Assembly: GCA_963674755.2 (NCBI GenBank)
Contig: CAXXVS010000002.1
Location: 1,856,001 to 1,920,000, forward strand
Source of the DNA: Desulfobacterales bacterium
GTDB lineage: Bacteria > Desulfobacterota > Desulfobacteria > Desulfobacterales > UBA5852
DNA: 64,000 nt
Direction of reading: 5' to 3'
The notes below the pieces were generated by a model. It was not told the DNA's origin, did no database searches, and saw only the letters and a program-made list of their open reading frames with translations. The position numbers and the translations under genes are program-made. Positions 30,327-39,620 of this stretch are shown in pieces (positions within the stretch are counted from its first letter, which is position 1; every line of letters starts with the position of its first letter).

Positions 30327-31568
30327 CTAATCCCCCAGCACATCGAGTTTCGGACCGAGAATTTTAGCGACAAACCGGTCGCCGGAAACATCATTTTCCA
30401 CGAGGGCGCGAATGCGTGCGAGGATCTCGCCCCGGCAGCCAGCATTGTGGGCCGCCTCCACTGAGAACTCATAGGCCTCGCGAACATCGCGAGCGGTGAT
30501 CTCATACCCGTAACCCGCAATCAGCCAGCGCAGGGCTGCTATACCGGCTTCGAGGGCAAAGCGCGGATCCGCATGCCGCATGTCGCGCGCCGCGCGGGTG
30601 AGCGTCTTGGGGTCGCAAGGGGTGCGGTTGGCAAGGTCGATGGCCTCCCGATACAGGCCGGCTGATTTGGCGGCCGCAAACCACTTCCCCTCGTTCCCGG
30701 GGGTACTCGCCACCAGGTCGGATAGGATGGCATGGGCCGCTTTACCGGGATACTTTTTTGCAATGGCGCGGAAGGTCGCCAGGTAGGTGGTCTTCTGGTT
30801 GGCCGCGATGGCGTAGCGCTGATAAGCTTCGTCCATCAGGCCGCTTGACAGTAGAATCTCCTCGCAGGCTGCGGCGATGGCGGTCGGACTCTCGTTAAGG
30901 CTTCCCGATTCTTCGGCATAGCGAAGGGCCTCGGCTTTCCGCCCCATGGCCACCAGGGCTTTAACGCCCCATTTGCGCTCGTGCCAGAATCGGTGAGGCG
31001 CAAGATCGAGCAGTTCGAGAAGTTCCTCGTGGCGTCCGGCCGAAAACAGGGCACTCAGGCAGGCCGGGGTGCCCTTGAAATAGCTCCCGATCATGCGCCG
31101 GCTCTCGGACCAGGTGACGTGCACCGGCGTCTTCAGTTCATCAGCCCAATCGGAAGCCAGTTCCGGGGTTTGGCACAGCTTGCCCCAGTGTTCCGGAAGC
31201 AATTCGATATAGGGGATATCGTCTTCCTCGATGGCTTTCCACAGCCGGTCAAGCCATTTGCGGCGGACGTTTTCCGCCACAGGGGCCCGGGCGATGATAG
31301 AGGCCAGGGTCTCGACGGCATTGTTGACGGCCGTCCCGATGGCGCCGGAGGAGCTGTCCACATGCGCCAGGGCCGGCGACACTTTTTCCAAGAACAGCAC
31401 CGCTCCTTCGGCACCGGAAACAGGATCCTTCCGGGCCACGGATTTGATTTCCGCAACCGCCTCCTTTACCCGCTGGACGGCCACCTGGGAACGCCAGCCA
31501 AAGGCGTGGCGCCGGAAACGACTCGTGAATGTCCATTTGTGTTTCTCTGCGCGTGTCACAGGTTCCAA
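30327..31568 (-). CDS. Hypothetical alpha-helical protein (413 aa)
   Basis: Long uninterrupted ORF; no catalytic motif recognised. Confidence 0.75.
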   Translation of the reverse strand: MEPVTRAEKHKWTFTSRFRRHAFGWRSQVAVQRVKEAVAEIKSVARKDPVSGAEGAVLFLEKVSPALAHVDSSSGAIGTAVNNAVETLASIIARAPVAENVRRKWLDRLWKAIEEDDIPYIELLPEHWGKLCQTPELASDWADELKTPVHVTWSESRRMIGSYFKGTPACLSALFSAGRHEELLELLDLAPHRFWHERKWGVKALVAMGRKAEALRYAEESGSLNESPTAIAAACEEILLSSGLMDEAYQRYAIAANQKTTYLATFRAIAKKYPGKAAHAILSDLVASTPGNEGKWFAAAKSAGLYREAIDLANRTPCDPKTLTRAARDMRHADPRFALEAGIAALRWLIAGYGYEITARDVREAYEFSVEAAHNAGCRGEILARIRALVENDVSGDRFVAKILGPKLDVLGD

Positions 31569-31666
31569 CTCACCTTGGCGGTTTCAAAGAAAACATAAGA
31601 CAGGAACTGTTGTATGCGGCGGGGTAGAAACTAACAGGAAGAGCGGGGATAGTAAAGCATAATAAC

Positions 31667-33413
31667 ATAGACGTTATATATTGAAATAGTTAGAGAATAT
31701 ACCTCCGAGAGTAGCAAAAAGAGAAGTAATTATCGCCTTGAAAAGAAAATAGCCTCCAGGTAGCACAAAGGTGGACAAACCTTCAACACGAGCTACGAGG
31801 AGGCTATTATGAACAACAGAGAAGTTAGCAGGTACGAGGAATACTGTCAATTTCGCTCCACTGTGCGCGGCCGCCGGGATTATCTGCTCGTAGGCATCGA
31901 TGTGGCCAAGGAACGCCACCATGCCTTCTTCGGCACCGCCACCGGCAAAACGCTGCTAAAGCGGCTGATCTTTGACAACGACCGCACCGGTTTCGAGCAG
32001 CTCATCGAAAGGGCTGAACAACTGATGGTGGCCCATTCCTGCCGGAAGGTCGCCTTCGGACTGGAGCCCACCGGCAATTACCACAAGCCTTTGGCCAACT
32101 GGCTTTTGGAACAGGATCAACTTCTGGTACTGGTCTCCAACAAAGCCATTGCCGACAACCGCGAGAGTCTCGACGGGCGCTGGGATAAGAACGACACCAA
32201 AGACAGCGCCAATGTGGCTGACCTGATGGCGCAGGGCAAATGCCAGTTCTTTGAAAAGCCTTCGGCGGAGCTTACCGCGTTGCGCAGCTTGCTTTCACTT
32301 CGCAAGCGGCTCAAACGCGATGAACACAGTTTGCGCATGCAGATCCGCAATGGGCTTTTGGTTCGCCACTTCCCCGAGATGGATCGCCTGTGGGGTAGCT
32401 GTCTTAAAGAGAATCTAGCCATCGTGCGCAGCTGCCTTGACCCGCGTACCATCAGCGCCATGCCCTTTAACGAGTTCCTCCGGCGGGTGACCGATCGTGA
32501 TAGAGGCTTGCGCCAGGTCAAGCGTTTGCAGCGCATCCACGAGGTCGCCGGCACCTCCATCGGCTGCCCCGTGGATGAAGCTGCCCAGTTCGAGGCTCTC
32601 CAACTGGTGGATCGCTTAAATGATCTGCGCGACCGTATTAGTCACACCGAAAAACAGATTGCGGATATCTGTCAGGGCTTTTCAGCTTACCGGCGATTGT
32701 TGACGATCCCCGGCTTTGGCCCTTACGTGGCTTCTCAGGTGATCGCGCGCATCGGAGACCCGCATCGCTTCGCCGGTCGCAAACAGCTCATCCGCCTAGC
32801 GGGCTACGACCTGAACGCCAAGCGTAGCGGCAAGACCAGTGATAAGGCCGTGCCGGTGATCTCCAAGCGCGGCAATGGCGACCTCCGCTACGCCCTGTAT
32901 CAAGCGGCCCAGATCGCCTCTTATCACGACAATGGATTCCGCGCTTTGTTTACCCGTTATCTTCAAGGCCGGGAACGCGAGCGTGGCATCAAGACCAAGA
33001 TGCGAGTGAAACTGGCCGTCAAAATGCTGGTCATTGCCTGGTGCATGATGCGCGATGAGACGGATTACGATCCTGCGCTGCTAAAGGTGTAAGCGGTCCT
33101 CTGGACCGCCGTGTTCATCACAATCGAAGTCGTTTGTTCGGCGAGAGAGCCCTTTTATAGACGTTGAGGTCATAACCTCGGTGGGGACAATACCCGGGCC
33201 TCTCTCTGAACTCCAAGCCTGGATAAGGAATGATGGGTGCCGCCGTTTCCGGCAGGACACCGGATAACTGTAACGATCAGGCCATGAGTTCGCCGACCGG
33301 AGAGATACTCGCCGATCCACAAAACCGACAGGAGAAGTGTTTCTTGCCTCTGACAACAACCGTAACTATTTGATTATTCAGTTTTATTTATTTTGTTGAC
33401 AAGGGGAATATAG
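31667..33413 (+). mobile_element. IS110-family insertion sequence (predicted ends at an ATAG core)
   Basis: ATAG at 31667-31670 and 33410-33413; TTGACA inside the right end and TATATT inside the left end; about 320-bp 3' non-coding region. Confidence 0.7.
31809..33092 (+). CDS. IS110-family DEDD recombinase/transposase
   Basis: VGIDVAK, LEPTGNY, KNDTKDS, TIPGFG, SG motif (KRSGK), ISKRGNGDLRYALY. Confidence 0.95.
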   Translation: MNNREVSRYEEYCQFRSTVRGRRDYLLVGIDVAKERHHAFFGTATGKTLLKRLIFDNDRTGFEQLIERAEQLMVAHSCRKVAFGLEPTGNYHKPLANWLLEQDQLLVLVSNKAIADNRESLDGRWDKNDTKDSANVADLMAQGKCQFFEKPSAELTALRSLLSLRKRLKRDEHSLRMQIRNGLLVRHFPEMDRLWGSCLKENLAIVRSCLDPRTISAMPFNEFLRRVTDRDRGLRQVKRLQRIHEVAGTSIGCPVDEAAQFEALQLVDRLNDLRDRISHTEKQIADICQGFSAYRRLLTIPGFGPYVASQVIARIGDPHRFAGRKQLIRLAGYDLNAKRSGKTSDKAVPVISKRGNGDLRYALYQAAQIASYHDNGFRALFTRYLQGRERERGIKTKMRVKLAVKMLVIAWCMMRDETDYDPALLKV

Positions 33414-33423
33414 AATGTCCCCT

Positions 33424-33794
33424 CCTCCTAGCCCGAGCACAGTCTTCATCCAGGTGCTCAAGGACCACCAGGTTAAAATCAGCATGGACGGCCGGGGCCG
33501 CTGTCAGGACAACATCTTCATCGAGCGGCTGTGGTGGACCATCAAGTATCGGTATCTTTACCTGCATTCGTTTGATTCCGGTCGCGACTTGCGACGGGGG
33601 CTGACGGAGTGGGTCCGCTACTATAACCAGCAACGTGGGCATTCTTCTCTTGACGATCTAACCCCGGATGAAGTCTATTACGGTCTACCTCATCCTTTTG
33701 CCGAGGCTGCCTGATGCCTTGTTCTCTATACAATCGCTCTCGGCTTATAGCTTATCTATACCATCAGGCTGTCCAACTCTTGGGGTCCACCGCC
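33424..33794 (+). pseudogene. IS3-family remnant: transposase C-terminus plus right end
   Basis: ISMDGRGRCQDNIFIERLWWTIKY...YYNQQRGHSSL; IS3-like right end CTGTCCAACTCTTGGGGTCCACC; N-terminus absent. Confidence 0.85.
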
Positions 33795-33961
33795 TTCAAT
33801 GCGATCCCTGATTACGGATATGAAGTCCTCAACGATCACTTATTGGTTCTCTTCAATACATATATTTGTGATGTGTAAATTTGGATCTACGGGGCGGACA
33901 TTGATAGATGTGCATCCGGTGAGAATAATTGCCGCTGATAAGAATAAAAGTATTCTTTCAT
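33795..33961 (-). pseudogene. Lipoprotein pseudogene downstream of riboswitch 2
   Basis: RBS GGAGG; restoring one A after ATG gives MKRILLFLSAAIILTGCTSINVRPVDPNLHITNICIEENQ*VIVEDFISVIRDRIE (lipobox LTGC); internal TAA; cut by the IS3 end. Confidence 0.7.
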
Positions 33962-33997
33962 AACAACCTCCATAGCTAAAAATCATGCATAAAACAC

Positions 33998-34038
33998 CAA
34001 AAAAACGAAAACCGGCTCACCTAACGGCAAACCGGTCA
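33998..34038 (-). terminator. Intrinsic terminator of riboswitch 2
   Basis: Minus strand GACCGGTTTGCC-GTTA-GGTGAGCCGGTT followed by TTCGTTTTTT. Confidence 0.7.
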
Positions 34039-34047
34039 TACCTGCAT

Positions 34048-34126
34048 CTGATAGCGGCAACCCGGCTGCCTTCTGGAGGCCCGTGGCTTTCCGTCCCCAG
34101 CTCACGCCGGGTTTGGCTTTGTATAG
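34048..34126 (-). ncRNA. c-di-GMP-I (GEMM-I) riboswitch, copy 2
   Basis: Minus strand GCCAAACCCGGC-GTGA-GCTGGGGACGGAAAGCCACGGGCC...GGCAGCCGGGTTGCC. Confidence 0.92.
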
Positions 34127-34132
34127 CTCGTA

Positions 34133-34161
34133 AAGTTACTAAAACGATTCTAAGCTGTCAA
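34133..34161 (-). promoter_or_regulatory. Sigma-70 promoter for riboswitch 2
   Basis: TTGACA-N17-TAACTT immediately upstream of the aptamer. Confidence 0.6.
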
Positions 34162-34447
34162 TCGCCTCGCCTGTGGCGCTCGATCCGCCCCATGCTTGAA
34201 ACCTGGCTGTGTCTATAAGGTCCAACCAAGACGCTCCAGATGGCTACGTATAGCGCTAAGTTTCTCAAGGTGTGGAGTGAGATCCTCTAAGATAGGTCGT
34301 TCAATTCTGTACTCATCAGCGGCTGTACCCCAAAGCCTCCTAATCACGGCTCCCTTCCCATTTTTCCATTTTGTGTCACTCGAAATTAATCCTCGTCAGA
34401 GTTAACTTCTATCTAATCATAAATTATCAAGAAAGGAGGTGTACCAA

Positions 34448-34600
34448 GTGAGGAGAAAGCGCAGACCGTTGACCTTGGAAGCTGTTCAACGAATCATGAG
34501 AGCCACAGCAAAGAAAAATGGCGGCAAAATCCCCAAGAGGAGCTGGGCAGCAGAGGCGCAGAGAAGGCTTGCACGACAAGCAAGGAAAACCCCTGTCTAA
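34448..34600 (+). CDS. Small basic protein A (50 aa), SMP/LEA-like motif
   Basis: RBS AAGGAGGT + GTG; MRRKRRPLTLEAVQRIMRATAKKNGGKIPKRSWAAEAQRRLARQARKTPV; below the ORF-track cutoff; paralogous to the next ORF. Confidence 0.75.
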   Translation: MRRKRRPLTLEAVQRIMRATAKKNGGKIPKRSWAAEAQRRLARQARKTPV

Positions 34601-34629
34601 AACAACAAACCACAATGAAAGGTATTGAA

Positions 34630-34773
34630 ATGGCGGAGAAATCCACCCCAATGACCCAAAAAGATGCATCCAGGATTCAAAGCACCACGGCAAAAAACAA
34701 CGGGGGTGTCGTACCCAAGGACAGCTTTGCCTCAAGAGCCACAAGGGCAGCTGTAAAAAATTCTAAGAAATAG
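34630..34773 (+). CDS. Small basic protein B (47 aa), SMP/LEA-like motif
   Basis: MAEKSTPMTQKDASRIQSTTAKNNGGVVPKDSFASRATRAAVKNSKK; RBS-like AAAGG. Confidence 0.8.
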   Translation: MAEKSTPMTQKDASRIQSTTAKNNGGVVPKDSFASRATRAAVKNSKK

Positions 34774-35523
34774 CCGAGCTACGGATGCTTGAGGGTAAGG
34801 TTATGCCCTGCCCTCAAGCTCACAATTTCCATTGATGTAAGCGCGATATGTTTCTAAGTGATAATCGAACCACATTGAGTACCTTGCTCGTAATTCCGGT
34901 AATTCCTCGAAATTTTTCATTACGTTCCCCTTTCTTCGTAAGGCTAAAAGGAGAATGATAATGCAATGAAAGATACGGACAATGCCGTAGGTAATCCTAC
35001 CCCACGTCATCAGAAATTCAAAATATTCCACCCTGCTTTGATACATGTTTATGGCATTCTCAAGTAGTTTATCGACAGTATCCCACTTAGGTAAATGCCG
35101 CACGATTTTAGCACTTTTCCATCTCATTAGTTCTCTATATGCCGTATCTTCTGACTTTTCTGGAAACAGAGTTGCTGCCAGCTGTCTCAGTGATTTAATT
35201 GGATAGTTGGTATTCAGATGAGTTTTTAAATGATTTACCCACAGATCCATTGGGGTTATTATTTTTGTTTTTTCGATTTGAGGAAGGAATTTTAAGTATT
35301 TGGATCCTTTATTATCGTGGTACTCTTTAATGTAGTTCTCACTTGCCTCCACGTCTAATGCGGCAATTACAAATAAAAGCGAATCGATCCGCATTTGTAT
35401 GAGTCTCGTATTCATTTCATCGGCATCATTAGGTTTTGAGATAGTATGATTAAAGATAGTCGTATGTAAGAATGCTTCAGGCAACCAGGATGAGTAAAGA
35501 CATTTGATAGCATTATTAAGGTT

Positions 35524-37413
35524 GATGGCATCGTAAAAAGTCTATCCGCCTGAATTATTTAACAAAACGCCCAATTTCAGCTTGCCATTTTCTTCTCGTC
35601 ATGCTACAGGAAACCAAACAATTACAGATGGTTATCCTGGAGATCGCATGCTTCGCATCAAAGACCACAAACAGCAACATCTCTTCGACCCGTGGGCCTA
35701 TTTGAGCCCCAAACGGCGCCGGATGCTCGAAGAGGGCTGGCCCGGGTTGTTCCGCCAGCATCTGCTCGGAGAACTTCCCGTCGATCTGTTAAAACCCTTC
35801 TTCACTGAAGCCATAGGGCGGCCCACCAAGGAACTGCATACCCTGCTGGGAGTGATGCTTTTCCAGCAAACCATGGATTTAAACGATGTCGAGGCCGTCG
35901 AGCAGCTGGCCTACAACCTCCAGTGGCATTATGCTCTGGACATCACTGAAGAAAGCGACGAGGCCAAATACGTCAGCGAAAAGACCCTGTGGTCGACCCG
36001 CCAGCTGATGGCCGAAAATGGCATTGACGGGGTCATGTTCGAAAAGCTCACCGACAAATTGGCCAAAGTGTTCGGTGTAGATCCTTCCAACCAGCGCATC
36101 GACTCGGTACACATCCGCTCCAACATGCGCCGGCTGGGCCGTATTGCCATTTTCAGCCGCACGATCGCCAAGTTCCTGGTCAATCTCAAACGCCACCACC
36201 GAGAGCTGTTCGATACGATCGCTTCTGATGTGATTGATCGTTACTGGGGTGAGAAGGCCCTATCCGCCTTTTCTCTGGTTAAACCCACGGAATCGGAAAA
36301 GACGTTAAAACGGGTCAGCAATGATCTGTTCGATCTGATCGAGGGCTTCAAGGACCAAACGGCGGTGGCTTTCATGCACAGCTACAAGCTCATGCAGCGG
36401 GTGCTCGCCGATCAATGCCATGTCGAGACCGATGCCGCCGGTGCCCCCCAAGTAACGATAAAGAAGCCGGCCGAGATCCCCTCCGACTCATTGCAAAACC
36501 CTTCGGACCCGGAGGCCACCTACAGCGGCCACAAGGGCCAGGGCTATCAGGTCCAGATCATGGAGAGCTTCAGCCGCAGTGAAGAGGCCAATGAAAAAGA
36601 GCAGGCGCTTAACCTGATTACCCATGTCGAAGTTCAACCCGCCTGCGAGAGCGATGCGGAGGCCGTGGTGCCGGCCATCGCCGATACCAAGATCCGGGGT
36701 GTGGGGCCCGATCAGTTGGTCGCCGACACTTTGTACGGCAGTGACAGTAACCACCAGACGGCCCAAGTGGCCGATGTCGACCTTGTCGCCCCGACCCAGA
36801 AGGGCAATGAGTCCAAGCCGCTCACGGCGTTTAGCTTTAATGACAAGGGCTATGTCGAGACCTGTCCGGCGGGTCACGTTCCCGAGCAGGTGAAGCACAA
36901 GAAGAAAACCGATTGTTACAGCGCGGCCTTCGATTCCACGCTTTGCCAGGGATGTCCGCATGCGGGTCATTGCCCGGTCAAGCCTGGGAAAAAGAAGAAC
37001 TATCTGCGCTACAGCGGAAAGCAATATCGCCTATCGGTGCGTCGCAAGGCCGAGAAAAGCGAGGCTTTCATTGACACCTATCGCTGGCGGGCCGGTGTGG
37101 AGGCCACCATGAGCGAATATGATCGGCGCACCGGGGTCAAAAAGCTACGGGTTCGGGGCATGCCGGCGGTGCGCTTCTGTGCCAAAATGAAGGCCACCGG
37201 GCTCAATCTGCTACGGGCGGCCCGGGTTCGCAGGGCCAGAATGAAGGCCGCAGAGGGTAATCCGGGCCTTGATCACCGTATTACGACTGCTGTTTATCGT
37301 GTCAAAGAACGTTTACAGGCCGCTCTGGTGGAATTTGCCTTCGCTTGGACAAATTCGTCGGGAAGATATCCAGAAAGCTACAAATTGGCCGCCTGATTTT
37401 TTACGCGGCCATC
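35524..37413 (+). mobile_element. IS1182/IS5-like insertion sequence
   Basis: TIRs GATGGCATCGTAAAAAGTC / GATTTTTTACGCGGCCATC; 6-bp target duplication AAGGTT (35518-35523, 37414-37419). Confidence 0.9.
35648..37396 (+). CDS. DDE transposase (IS1182/IS5-like)
   Basis: GRPT, QRIDSVHI, SLQNPSDPEATY, VADTLYGS, Cys-rich insert, YRWRAGVEAT. Confidence 0.9.
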   Translation: MLRIKDHKQQHLFDPWAYLSPKRRRMLEEGWPGLFRQHLLGELPVDLLKPFFTEAIGRPTKELHTLLGVMLFQQTMDLNDVEAVEQLAYNLQWHYALDITEESDEAKYVSEKTLWSTRQLMAENGIDGVMFEKLTDKLAKVFGVDPSNQRIDSVHIRSNMRRLGRIAIFSRTIAKFLVNLKRHHRELFDTIASDVIDRYWGEKALSAFSLVKPTESEKTLKRVSNDLFDLIEGFKDQTAVAFMHSYKLMQRVLADQCHVETDAAGAPQVTIKKPAEIPSDSLQNPSDPEATYSGHKGQGYQVQIMESFSRSEEANEKEQALNLITHVEVQPACESDAEAVVPAIADTKIRGVGPDQLVADTLYGSDSNHQTAQVADVDLVAPTQKGNESKPLTAFSFNDKGYVETCPAGHVPEQVKHKKKTDCYSAAFDSTLCQGCPHAGHCPVKPGKKKNYLRYSGKQYRLSVRRKAEKSEAFIDTYRWRAGVEATMSEYDRRTGVKKLRVRGMPAVRFCAKMKATGLNLLRAARVRRARMKAAEGNPGLDHRITTAVYRVKERLQAALVEFAFAWTNSSGRYPESYKLAA

Positions 37414-38277
37414 AAGGTTAGTCTCACTTATTTTATCACTATCACTGTCATACAAATCTTTCACAAACTCGTTTGAGGTGCGTCGAAGTTTTCCTATCAC
37501 GTTTTGCGTATATGGAAGAACTACTTCACCTCGACTATTGTAAAGAGTTGGCAAATTCTCAACTTCCCAAGACTTTCTACCTGAAAAGGCATCCTTTAAT
37601 ATCGTTTCCAGGTTAGGATCAATGTAGGCATTATGGTTGTTTAGTGCTGTTATAAAGTCAGAGATGAAAATGAAAGTTTTGGAAAGAGTTGGAGTTGTAT
37701 CCCCGCACAACCAATTGTTCAATGTATGATCCGTGACTTTTCCTCCGACCCATTCACTGTTGCTGTCAGTACTGATCACTTCGAGATCTGATAGGATTGA
37801 GGTCAAGTTTAACCCCAGCATATAAAAAATCACTTCCCAAGGCATCATGATCATTTAGTAGCACCTAAGTAATTTAATATTTTTCTCTGTAATTTGGCGC
37901 GGAGTTGTTCCTTAAACAATGAATACCCAATGATCCACAAACCAAATCCTGATCCACTATCCGAAGCCCTGGAATTGATCCCTATGATCGTAGATCAAGG
38001 ATTAAATGACTCCGCTTGTGGAATAGACTTAGCAAGACGAAAACCCAAAATAATTTTTCGATCGCCGGGCAAAAAGTCAGGTCGTTCAGTCGTCCTGCAG
38101 AACTCATCACTGAACTTCCAACTGCCGCCTCGGAATATCCAATACTTTTGAAGCTCTGCCGGAGCCTCCAAGCTCCTTCAGGACTTCGAGGATTGGTATG
38201 ATGTAATGAAAGTGTTGGGGGATTCGCAGATTTTCCATTGTATCTCCCTTTCGGATGATCGCAGTATGGTCTAACGG

Positions 38278-38494
38278 ATCCGCCGACCATCAGATCGGCC
38301 CGAAAGCCTTCCTCGAACGCCAGACCCTCGTATTGGATAGGAATGGCCTTCTGGCGCTCCACCGCAAGTCCCGCCTTTTCTATTTCATGCGCCAGCACCG
38401 CTTCATAGACCGACTCTAATAAACCTGGCCCCATACCGCGGTGGGTCTTATAGGCGGCATCCACGATGGCTTTGGCAATGTCGTTTTCGTGCAC
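38278..38494 (-). pseudogene. GxxExxY-family protein, N-terminal fragment
   Basis: VDAAYKTHRGMGPGLLESVYE...FRADLMV; family similarity stops where the low-GC segment begins. Confidence 0.85.
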
Positions 38495-38564
38495 TTTCTG
38501 TCCCTCACGCTAAGAAATGCTTAAACTGATGATATCTCGCGCCAAGAAAGCCTAAAAACATATC

Positions 38565-38705
38565 CTCACGCAAAGCCGCTAAGGACGCAAAGAACTGCAA
38601 AAAAAATGGGTGTCGGCCGGAGGCCGGAAAAAGCATCTGTTGCTTTTCTTGGCGGTCTTTGCGCCTTGGCGTGAGGCATGGTTTTTTGGGATTGCTTTGC
38701 GTGGG
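38565..38705. repeat. CACGCAAAG...CTTTGCGTG palindromic repeat element, copy 2
   Basis: Inverted copy of 28155-28271; directly upstream of the GxxExxY gene. Confidence 0.8.
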
Positions 38706-38899
38706 CGCCTATGCCGTTAGGCGAATTGCTCATTCGCTTAAAAATGTCGCACAGATCAATGAAAAAGTCCAATATTTTAAATGGATAGCCGTAAAAGAGG
38801 TTATTGGTTATTCGTTATCGGCAACAGCGGGAAAAGCTCGTAATCTCCCATGTTGCCGGGAAATCCTCCTGTTCTCCCGGCACGATACCCGAACCGGGG

Positions 38900-39415
38900 C
38901 TATTCCGCGAGATAGGCGACCACCTCCGGTTGTGTGAGGATCCTGCGCACGGCATCTGCTATGGCATCGTCGATGGCGTCGTTGTACATGGCGCTCGCCT
39001 GCGAATCCGTGGCGATCCCGATTGTCTTGTCCCCGGCCCCTATCGCCACGTTGATGTCGCAGCGGTATTTTTTGGGGTAGGCCATCTCGACATCGATGAC
39101 GTCGATGCGGATCGTTTTCGAGGCCTCCGGGCTGACCTGGAAGCCGTTCTTGACCAGTTCGCGTCCGAGAGAGGCGACAATCGCTTCCCCGAACTTCGAT
39201 AGGTCGGCTTTATAAGTAAATTGCCCTGTCCTGCTGTTGATAACGGAATCTCGATCGGTAGCATCCTCGATTCGAAGCGGCTCCAATGGGCCCCTCTTGC
39301 CGGAAAACACGTAGGGCGCCGATGGCAGGTCCGACGGTGGCTGGTAGGCGAGGGTGCAACTGGAAAACATGACGGCAAAGCCCAGAAGGAGGACGGCTTT
39401 CAGTATTCTATCCAT
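38900..39415 (-). CDS. Putative lipoprotein (second gene of the riboswitch-3 operon)
   Basis: MDRILKAVLLLGFAVMFSSC lipobox-like signal; RBS AAGGAGG. Confidence 0.75.
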   Translation of the reverse strand: MDRILKAVLLLGFAVMFSSCTLAYQPPSDLPSAPYVFSGKRGPLEPLRIEDATDRDSVINSRTGQFTYKADLSKFGEAIVASLGRELVKNGFQVSPEASKTIRIDVIDVEMAYPKKYRCDINVAIGAGDKTIGIATDSQASAMYNDAIDDAIADAVRRILTQPEVVAYLAE

Positions 39416-39465
39416 GGTCAAACCTCCTTTGTTTTGGGGCTGAGTATCGCCACCAGCGTTTCCTG

Positions 39466-39620
39466 TGTTAATGGTCACTGCTATAGAGCCATTCCATGAG
39501 CACCCTAATGGGGCCACCCTGTGATCACCCTAATGAGGCCACTTTGTGAGCACCCTAATGGAGCCACTTGATGATCACCCTAATGAGGCCAGTTGGTGAT
39601 CACCGTAATGAGGCCACCTG
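39466..39620 (+). repeat. Six 25-bp-period subterminal repeats at the IS21 left end
   Basis: Consensus RTGAKCACCCTAATGRRGCCA; two inverted copies at the right end (about 42112-42163). Confidence 0.85.

Larger units (their letters stand above)
34801..37854 (-). pseudogene. Hypothetical ~385-aa low-GC protein with two HTH-like segments, split by an IS
   Basis: Removing IS 35524-37413 and one AAGGTT copy joins ORF 37378..37854 to 34801..35484 in frame (DKISETNL-NNAIKCLYSSWLPEA). Confidence 0.8.

Noticed and set aside
37894..38151. Small ORF divergent from the HTH-like gene
   Set aside because: No clear RBS or motif; cannot be supported from sequence alone
37982..38277. C-terminal half of the 170-aa ORF as a real GxxExxY extension
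   Set aside because: Family similarity stops at RADLMVGG; the rest is read-through into unrelated low-GC DNA
39466..39620. Possible mini-CRISPR or iteron array
   Set aside because: 25-bp period leaves no spacers; the repeats recur inverted at the other IS21 end
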